Part shown: positions 24,968-32,000 of the stretch, piece after piece | How positions within the stretch are numbered: position 1 is the first letter of the stretch | Layout of the letters: each line of letters starts with the position of its first letter | NCBI GenBank assembly: GCA_023443745.1 | Contig: JAEZTB010000042.1 | Coordinates: forward strand, 110,402-142,401 | Origin: Bacillota bacterium | Lineage (GTDB): Bacteria; Bacillota; Clostridia; DSM-8532 | DNA length: 32,000 bases | Direction of reading: 5' to 3' | Translations under genes and position numbers: made by a program | Notes under the pieces: model-generated | Seen by the model: only the letters and a program-made list of their open reading frames with translations | Databases searched by the model: none | Told to the model about the DNA's origin: nothing

Positions 24968-27900
24968 TCATTTGTCATTAATGTCTAGTTCTATATCCCT
25001 ATATTTGGCCATACCTGTTCCTGCAGGGATAAGCTTACCAATAATGATATTTTCCTTAAGACCAATGAGCGGGTCAATCTTGCCCTTTATAGCGGCTTCA
25101 GTGAGAACCCTTGTGGTTTCCTGGAAGGATGCCGCCGACAAGAAGGATTCGGTTGCGAGGGACGCCTTGGTAATACCCAGGAGTGAACGCTTGCCGGTTG
25201 CAGGCCTTAAGCCCTGTTCCTCAGCAGCACCATTCTTCTCCTCAAATTCAAACATATCCACAAGACTTCCTGGAAGCATATCGGTGTCACCATACTCATC
25301 AATTTTAACTTTTCTGAGCATTTGACGGACGATAACTTCAATATGCTTGTCGTTGATATCAACGCCCTGCAGTCTGTAAACCTTCTGGACTTCCTGGAGC
25401 AGATATCTTTGAACAGCTTGAATACCCTTGATTTTCAGGATATCGTGAGGATTGACGGAACCTTCGGTAAGTTCGTCACCGGCCTCGATAACCTCACCAT
25501 CGGCTACCTTTATTGATGAACCGTATGGGATGAGATAGGTCTTGGCTTCTCCGTTTTCGTTGTTGGTAACCTCTATCTCACGCTTTTTCTTGGTATCCTT
25601 AATGCGCACGGTTCCTGCCAATTCGGAAACGATGGCAAGACCCTTGGGCTTACGGGCTTCGAAAAGCTCCTCAACACGGGGAAGACCCTGAGTAATGTCA
25701 TCACCGGCTACACCACCGGTGTGGAAGGTACGCATGGTGAGCTGGGTACCAGGTTCACCAATGGACTGGGCTGCAATAAAGCCTACTGCTTCACCCACAT
25801 TACATTCCTCACCATTGGCAAGGTTAACACCATAACACTTGGCGCAAACGCCTACACGTGAACGGCAGGTGAGAACTGAACGTATCTTCATCTTGTTGTA
25901 TCCGGCCTTCTCAACCTTTTCAGCAAGAGGCTCGGTAATGAGCTCATTGGCTTTTACAATAACCTCTCCGGTAGCCTTGTCAACGATATCTTCGGGTGCG
26001 AAACGGCCTGTAAGACGTTCAGCCAAGCCCTCAATGGTCTTGCCGCTTATAACGATGGGCTGAATCTCAATGCCGTCGGTTGTACCACAGTCATCCTCAC
26101 GGATGATCACATCCTGGGAGACGTCAACCAGACGACGGGTCAGGTATCCTGAGTCAGCGGTACGAAGAGCAGTATCGGCCAGACCCTTTCTTGCTCCGTG
26201 AGTGGAGATAAAGTATTCCAAAACATTGAGTCCTTCACGGAAGTTGGACCGGATCGGAATCTCAAGGGTTTCACCGGAGGTATCTGCCATAAGTCCACGC
26301 ATACCGGCCAGCTGTCTGATCTGGTTGATATTACCGCGGGCTCCTGACTGAGACATCATGTAAACCGGATTAAACCTATCCAGAGAACTGATCAAGGCAT
26401 TCTTGATCTCCTCGGTGGTCTTGTTCCAGGCTGTGATGATGGCGCTCTTGCGTTCTTCTTTATTATAGAGACCGTTTCTGTAGTGCTTTTCGATCTCTTC
26501 GACCTTCCTGTCGGTCTCTTCAAGGTATCTCTGCTTAACCTCAGGAATGGTCATATCGGTAATACCGATGGTGATGGCTCCCTTTGTAGAGTATTTAAAG
26601 CCCAGCGACTTAATATTGTCGAGCACAACGGCTGTCTTGTTGGTGCCGTTAATGCGGATGGAGCGATCAATGATTTTACCCAGTTCCTTCTTGCCTACCA
26701 GGAAGTCAACTTCGTAGTTAAACATGGTTTCAGGATCGGTTCTGTCCACATAACCCAGGTTTTGGGGAATGGCAGTATTGAATATGATCTTACCCACAGT
26801 GGTATTAATGACCTTTGATTTTTCCACGCCGTCGAATACCCTTGTGACTCTGACCTTAATACGTGAATGCAGGCTTACGGCTTTATTTTCATAGGCCATA
26901 ACAGCTTCTTCGGTGCTGGCAAAAACCTTGCCTTCACCTATTACGCCATTGGTGATGTTACCGTTCTCATCTCTTTCAGCCTCTTTTTCTATGGTTAGGA
27001 AGTAGCTGCCCAGAACCATATCCTGGGTAGGAACAGTAACCGGCTTGCCGTCCTGCGGCTTTAAGAGGTTATTGGCTGAAAGCATCAGAATACGCGCTTC
27101 AGCTTGAGCCTCAGCAGAAAGTGGAACGTGCACAGCCATCTGGTCACCGTCAAAGTCGGCATTATAGGCAGTACATACCAGAGGATGCAATTTAATGGCA
27201 CGGCCCTCAACCAAAACCGGTTCAAAGGCTTGTATACCTAATCTGTGAAGGGTAGGCGCACGGTTTAAAAGAACGGGATGTTCCTTGATAACTTCTTCAA
27301 GAACGTCCCAGACCTCTGTCTTAACACGCTCCACCATACGCTTCGCACTCTTGATGTTATGAGCAAGTCCTCTTTCTACAAGCTTCTTCATGACGAAGGG
27401 CTTGAAGAGCTCCAGAGCCATTTCCTTGGGAAGGCCGCACTGGAAAATCTTAAGCTCAGGGCCTACCACGATAACGGAACGACCGGAGTAGTCAACACGC
27501 TTACCCAGAAGGTTCTGGCGGAAGCGGCCCTGCTTACCCTTAAGCATGTCGGAGAGGGACTTCAGCGGACGGTTGCCCGGTCCGGTAACAGGACGCCCAC
27601 GGCGACCATTGTCAATAAGCGCGTCAACAGCTTCCTGAAGCATACGCTTTTCATTTCTGACAATGATTTCAGGTGCGCCGAGATCTAAAAGTCTCTTCAA
27701 ACGGTTATTTCTGTTTATCACTCTTCTATACAGATCATTTAAGTCGGAGGTAGCAAAACGGCCGCCATCCAACTGAACCATAGGACGAAGCTCCGGAGGA
27801 ATGACAGGTATGACATCAAGAACCATCCATTCCGGACTATTTCCGGAACCACGGAAGGCTTCTACGATTTCCAGACGCTTGATGGCACGAATCTTCTTCT

Positions 27901-28501
27901 GACCGTTAGCGTTTTCTACCTCGTCTCTCAGATCCTTGGCCAGCTTTTCCATATCCATATTGGACAGGAGCTCTTTTACAGCTTCCGCACCCATGCCGGC
28001 TCTGAAGTTATTCCCGAATTTATCAATACTCTCACGGTATTCTTTCTCATTTAAGACCTGCTTCTGAGAAAGAGGGGTGCTCCCTGGATCAATGACCACA
28101 TAGGAGGCGAAGTAAAGAACCTTTTCAAGAGCTCTTGGCGACATATCCAAAAGTAAGCCCATTCGGCTGGGTATACCCTTGAAATACCAGATATGGGAAA
28201 CAGGTGCAGCCAGTTCAATATGGCCCATGCGCTCACGGCGTACCTTTGAGCGTGTTACCTCAACACCGCAGCGATCGCATATGATACCCTTGTAACGAAC
28301 GCGCTTATATTTTCCGCAATGGCATTCCCAGTCCCTGGTAGGTCCAAAAATCCTCTCACAGAACAAACCGTCTCGTTCGGGCTTCAAGGTTCTATAATTG
28401 ATGGTCTCGGGCTTTTTAACCTCTCCTCTTGACCATTCACGGATTTTTTCCGGGGAGGCAAGACCAATCTGTATGGCATCGAAATTATTCAATTCAAACA
28501 T
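24968..28501 (-). CDS. rpoC: DNA-directed RNA polymerase subunit beta'
   Basis: 1177 aa. Zn-finger [23 protein letters not shown], catalytic NADFDGD, and an N-terminus that is unmistakably RpoC. Confidence 0.98.
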   Translation of the reverse strand: MFELNNFDAIQIGLASPEKIREWSRGEVKKPETINYRTLKPERDGLFCERIFGPTRDWECHCGKYKRVRYKGIICDRCGVEVTRSKVRRERMGHIELAAPVSHIWYFKGIPSRMGLLLDMSPRALEKVLYFASYVVIDPGSTPLSQKQVLNEKEYRESIDKFGNNFRAGMGAEAVKELLSNMDMEKLAKDLRDEVENANGQKKIRAIKRLEIVEAFRGSGNSPEWMVLDVIPVIPPELRPMVQLDGGRFATSDLNDLYRRVINRNNRLKRLLDLGAPEIIVRNEKRMLQEAVDALIDNGRRGRPVTGPGNRPLKSLSDMLKGKQGRFRQNLLGKRVDYSGRSVIVVGPELKIFQCGLPKEMALELFKPFVMKKLVERGLAHNIKSAKRMVERVKTEVWDVLEEVIKEHPVLLNRAPTLHRLGIQAFEPVLVEGRAIKLHPLVCTAYNADFDGDQMAVHVPLSAEAQAEARILMLSANNLLKPQDGKPVTVPTQDMVLGSYFLTIEKEAERDENGNITNGVIGEGKVFASTEEAVMAYENKAVSLHSRIKVRVTRVFDGVEKSKVINTTVGKIIFNTAIPQNLGYVDRTDPETMFNYEVDFLVGKKELGKIIDRSIRINGTNKTAVVLDNIKSLGFKYSTKGAITIGITDMTIPEVKQRYLEETDRKVEEIEKHYRNGLYNKEERKSAIITAWNKTTEEIKNALISSLDRFNPVYMMSQSGARGNINQIRQLAGMRGLMADTSGETLEIPIRSNFREGLNVLEYFISTHGARKGLADTALRTADSGYLTRRLVDVSQDVIIREDDCGTTDGIEIQPIVISGKTIEGLAERLTGRFAPEDIVDKATGEVIVKANELITEPLAEKVEKAGYNKMKIRSVLTCRSRVGVCAKCYGVNLANGEECNVGEAVGFIAAQSIGEPGTQLTMRTFHTGGVAGDDITQGLPRVEELFEARKPKGLAIVSELAGTVRIKDTKKKREIEVTNNENGEAKTYLIPYGSSIKVADGEVIEAGDELTEGSVNPHDILKIKGIQAVQRYLLQEVQKVYRLQGVDINDKHIEVIVRQMLRKVKIDEYGDTDMLPGSLVDMFEFEEKNGAAEEQGLRPATGKRSLLGITKASLATESFLSAASFQETTRVLTEAAIKGKIDPLIGLKENIIIGKLIPAGTGMAKYRDIELDINDK

Positions 28502-28515
28502 TCCTTGTCACCCTC

Positions 28516-31500
28516 CTATATTTCATCATCGTCATCGATCATGTCATCATCGATGCCGAACATATCGCCGACAATGTCCTCATTAAGTTCATCGCCTTCT
28601 GCAATTTCACCGACGTCAAGGGTGTCTATTCCAAACTCTTCGTCTATAACATCACGACCCTCTTCATCATCCAGGTCAAGATAGGATAAGGTTTCATCCT
28701 CCCTGCCCTCGATATTGACATCAAGCTCTTCCAGGTCGTCATAAATGGATTCCTTGATCTCGATCTCTTCACGCTGGTCGCTGAAGACCTTCACGTCCAG
28801 AGCAAGGCTCTGAAGCTCCTTCATAAGAACCTTGAAGGATTCAGGAATACCAGGCTCAGGGACATTTTCACCCTTAACAATGGCTTCATAGGTCTTGACA
28901 CGGCCCACCACGTCGTCGGATTTGACGGTCAGGACTTCCTGGAGTGAATAGGCGGCACCATAAGCTGCCAATGCCCAAACTTCCATTTCACCGAAACGCT
29001 GGCCGCCGAATTGGGCTTTACCACCCAAGGGCTGCTGGGTAACCAGTGAGTAAGGACCTGTGGAACGGGCATGTATTTTATCATCAACCAAGTGAGCAAG
29101 CTTCAGGTAATACATATACCCTACAGTTACGCGGCTGTCAAAAGGATCACCGGTACGTCCGTCATAGAGAACGGACTTTCCATCCTCCGGCAGTCCGGCA
29201 TGTCTCAGGGTTTTAAAGGTATCTTCCTCATTGGCTCCGTCAAAAACGGGGGTTGCAATCTTCCAGCCCAGAGCCTTTGCCGCATAGCCCAAATGAACCT
29301 CCAGAACCTGCCCGATATTCATACGGGAAGGAACACCTAAAGGATTGAGCACAATCTGTAATGGTGTACCGTCCGGCAGGAAGGGCATGTCCTCCACCGG
29401 CAGAATTCTTGAAATAACGCCTTTATTACCATGGCGTCCGGCCATTTTATCGCCCACAGAGATTTTTCTCTTCTGAGCAATGTAAACGCGAACCAATTGG
29501 TTAACACCGGGGGGCAGCTCATCACCGTTTTCACGGGTGAACACCTTGACATCCACAATAATACCCGACTCGCCATGGGGCACTCTTAGAGATGTATCTC
29601 TGACTTCACGAGCTTTTTCACCGAAGATGGCACGAAGGAGGCGTTCTTCAGCGGTTAGCTCGGTTTCACCCTTGGGAGTAACCTTACCCACCAGAATATC
29701 GCCGGAACGTACCTCGGCACCGATACGGATAATACCGCGCTCATCAAGATCCTTTAAGGAATCCTCGCCTACATTGGGAATGTCACGGGTGATTTCTTCC
29801 GGACCAAGCTTGGTGTCCCGGGATTCGGATTCGTATTCCTCGATGTGAATGGAGGTATACACATCATCACGAACGAGCTCCTCTGAAATCAGAATAGCAT
29901 CCTCGTAATTATAACCCTCCCAGGTCATAAACCCGATAAGAACATTCTTTCCCAGTGCGATTTCACCATTATCGGTGGAAGGTCCGTCTGCAAGAATATC
30001 GCCTACTTCAACCTGTTCACCCTTTCTTACAAGGGGACGCTGGTTGATGCAGGTACCTTGATTGGAACGCTTATATTTCAGAAGCTTATACTGATTCTTC
30101 TGACCTTTTGGGGTGCGAATAACAATTTCACTGGCTGTTACTTTCTCAACAACACCGGCATTCTTTGCAACAAGACAAACACCGGAGTCCTTAGCTGCGC
30201 GGTATTCAATACCGGTTCCGATGATGGGCGCCTGGGGCTTGATAAGAGGAACGGCCTGACGCTGCATGTTGGATCCCATGAGCGCACGGTTGGCGTCATC
30301 ATTTTCAAGGAACGGGATCATGGCGGTAGCAACAGAAACAAGCTGCTTAGGTGAAACGTCCATGTAATCCACGTAATCCCTGTCCACTTCAAGTATCTTA
30401 TCCTGGAAGCGGCAGCCTACGCGCTTATGAACAAATCTGCCCTCTTCATTAAGAGGTTCATTTGCTTCAGCTATGACATAGAGATCCTCTACATCGGCTG
30501 TCATATATTGAACCTGATCGGTAACAATACCCTTATCTTTGTCAACCTTCCGGTATGGCGCTTCAATGAAGCCATAGTCATTGATGCGGGCAAAAGTACT
30601 TAATGATCCGATCAAACCGATGTTAGGACCTTCAGGAGTCTCTATAGGACACATACGGCCATAGTGGGAGTGGTGAACGTCACGCACTTCAAAACTTGCA
30701 CGGTCACGTGAGAGACCACCGGGTCCCAAGGCGCTCAGACGGCGCTTATGGGTCAGTTCAGCCAACGGGTTGGTCTGATCCATAAATTGCGACAGCTGGC
30801 TGGAACCAAAGAATTCTTTGATAGCCGCAGCTACCGGGCGGATATTGATAAGGGCCTGGGGTGTTGCCGCATCAATGTCCTGGATGGTCATTCTTTCTCT
30901 GACCACACGCTCCATACGGGCAAGGCCTATGCGGAACTGGTTCTGGAGGAGTTCTCCGACAGAACGCAGACGTCTGTTGCCCAAATGGTCGATATCGTCG
31001 GTATGGCCGATACCATGATCCAAATTCAAGATATAGCAGATGGAAGCGATAATATCTTCCTTGGTGATGTTTTTTGGCATCAGGTTATCGCGGTTTTCTT
31101 TAAGAACCGCAATCAGATCGGCTCCCTTGACGCCATTATGTTCTTCAAGCAGTGCTTTAAGTACATCATAACGTACCTTCTCATTAATACCAGCCTTGGA
31201 AGGCTCAAAAGGAATATACCCTGTAATATCAACCGTCATGTTGCCCACAACCTTGACGGATTTGCCTTCTACTTCAACATGGGCAGCATTGGTTCCTGAG
31301 TTCTGGATTTTCCAAGCCATCTCCTCATTGATTTCAGTACCGGCTTTAACCAGCACCTTTCCTGTGTTGCCATCCTTGATATCCTCCGCAGCAATCTGGT
31401 TGCGAATGCGGTTGGCAAGAGAAAGCTTCTTGTTAAACTTATAGCGGCCTACGCTGGAAAGATCATAGCGCTTGGGGTCAAAGAACAAATTGTTAATAAG

Positions 31501-32000
31501 CGTGCTTGCGCTTTCTTCGGTGGGCGGCTCGCCCGGACGAAGACGCTTGTACACCTCAAAGAGTCCTTCTTCCCTGCTCTTTGTTCCATCCTTGGAGATG
31601 GTAGCCTGAAGCTTGGTTTCCTCACCGAACAGATTGAGAATCTCAGCGTCGGTACCTAAGCCCAATGAGCGCAGGAACTGGGTAATAGGAAGCTTTCTGG
31701 TTCTGTCGATACGGACATAGATGACCTCGGCCGAATCGGTTTCATATTCGAGCCAAGCGCCACGATAGGGAATAACAGTATTGGAGAAAAGGTTATTACC
31801 GCTCTTATCCTTTTCTCTGGAATAGTAAACGCCGGGAGAACGGACCAACTGGCTTACGATAACACGCTCGGCACCATTGATGACAAAGGTTCCGTGCTCT
31901 GTCATGAGTGGGAAATCACCCATGAATATTTCCTGTTCCTTAACCTCTCCGGTTTCCTTATTGATGAGACGAACCTTGACCTTTAAAGGAGCAGAATAGG
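28516..32000 (-). CDS. rpoB: DNA-directed RNA polymerase subunit beta (N-terminus outside window)
   Basis: The frame stays open to the window edge ([33 protein letters not shown]...). Conserved RpoB blocks run throughout. The stop lies 14 nt before the rpoC start. Confidence 0.98.
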   Translation of the reverse strand, partial: YSAPLKVKVRLINKETGEVKEQEIFMGDFPLMTEHGTFVINGAERVIVSQLVRSPGVYYSREKDKSGNNLFSNTVIPYRGAWLEYETDSAEVIYVRIDRTRKLPITQFLRSLGLGTDAEILNLFGEETKLQATISKDGTKSREEGLFEVYKRLRPGEPPTEESASTLINNLFFDPKRYDLSSVGRYKFNKKLSLANRIRNQIAAEDIKDGNTGKVLVKAGTEINEEMAWKIQNSGTNAAHVEVEGKSVKVVGNMTVDITGYIPFEPSKAGINEKVRYDVLKALLEEHNGVKGADLIAVLKENRDNLMPKNITKEDIIASICYILNLDHGIGHTDDIDHLGNRRLRSVGELLQNQFRIGLARMERVVRERMTIQDIDAATPQALINIRPVAAAIKEFFGSSQLSQFMDQTNPLAELTHKRRLSALGPGGLSRDRASFEVRDVHHSHYGRMCPIETPEGPNIGLIGSLSTFARINDYGFIEAPYRKVDKDKGIVTDQVQYMTADVEDLYVIAEANEPLNEEGRFVHKRVGCRFQDKILEVDRDYVDYMDVSPKQLVSVATAMIPFLENDDANRALMGSNMQRQAVPLIKPQAPIIGTGIEYRAAKDSGVCLVAKNAGVVEKVTASEIVIRTPKGQKNQYKLLKYKRSNQGTCINQRPLVRKGEQVEVGDILADGPSTDNGEIALGKNVLIGFMTWEGYNYEDAILISEELVRDDVYTSIHIEEYESESRDTKLGPEEITRDIPNVGEDSLKDLDERGIIRIGAEVRSGDILVGKVTPKGETELTAEERLLRAIFGEKAREVRDTSLRVPHGESGIIVDVKVFTRENGDELPPGVNQLVRVYIAQKRKISVGDKMAGRHGNKGVISRILPVEDMPFLPDGTPLQIVLNPLGVPSRMNIGQVLEVHLGYAAKALGWKIATPVFDGANEEDTFKTLRHAGLPEDGKSVLYDGRTGDPFDSRVTVGYMYYLKLAHLVDDKIHARSTGPYSLVTQQPLGGKAQFGGQRFGEMEVWALAAYGAAYSLQEVLTVKSDDVVGRVKTYEAIVKGENVPEPGIPESFKVLMKELQSLALDVKVFSDQREEIEIKESIYDDLEELDVNIEGREDETLSYLDLDDEEGRDVIDEEFGIDTLDVGEIAEGDELNEDIVGDMFGIDDDMIDDDDEI

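Noticed and set aside
28516-28770. Long acidic C-terminal tail of RpoB ([13 protein letters not shown]...[11 protein letters not shown])
   Set aside because: Acidic C-terminal extensions of the beta subunit are common in Firmicutes (Bacillus has one too). Nothing suggests a fusion or an insertion.
24972-31444. Many + strand ORFs of 60-183 aa inside rpoC and rpoB (for example 27278..27688 and 30748..31299)
   Set aside because: They are antisense shadow ORFs within highly conserved, codon-biased genes, with no RBS and no recognisable motifs.

Overview
The + strand from 1 to about 18.5 kb is the late (right-hand) part of a PBSX/Xkd-type contractile-tailed prophage from a low-GC Firmicute (Clostridia-like). 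Gene order is: portal (3' part), MuF/SPP1-gp7 head morphogenesis protein, small ORF, scaffold, major capsid, acidic repeat protein, connector/neck proteins, sheath, tube, tail chaperone with a -1 frameshift, tape measure, LysM/XkdP-like, baseplate (XkdQ/R/S/T/U-like), tail fibre, two small fibre-associated ORFs, tyrosine recombinase, amidase endolysin, membrane protein. The prophage ends at about 18.46-18.54 kb against a 3'-truncated Cys-type sulfatase gene. The rest is host chromosome on the - strand: the sulfatase fragment, two sugar ABC permeases, a solute-binding lipoprotein, a YesN-like response regulator, a YesM-like histidine kinase, rpoC and most of rpoB. No tRNA, rRNA or CRISPR was seen. 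Five points deserve a second look. (1) The MuF protein carries a C-terminal RadC/JAB-like motif and is followed by a coupled 82-aa ORF and a terminator, so it may be a virion-delivered effector or a MuF-type toxin/immunity pair. (2) A near-consensus promoter with a perfect LexA (Cheo) box in its spacer sits upstream of the recombinase. (3) That promoter is followed by a roughly 150-nt four-hairpin leader with a Pro-Pro uORF and a terminator-like hairpin that sequesters the recombinase RBS. (4) The prophage has inserted into the last gene of a sulfatase/ABC operon. (5) A 39-bp x ~8 tandem repeat encodes an acidic Pro-rich protein with a basic tail next to the capsid gene. All functional calls come from motif recognition by eye. 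No database search was run.
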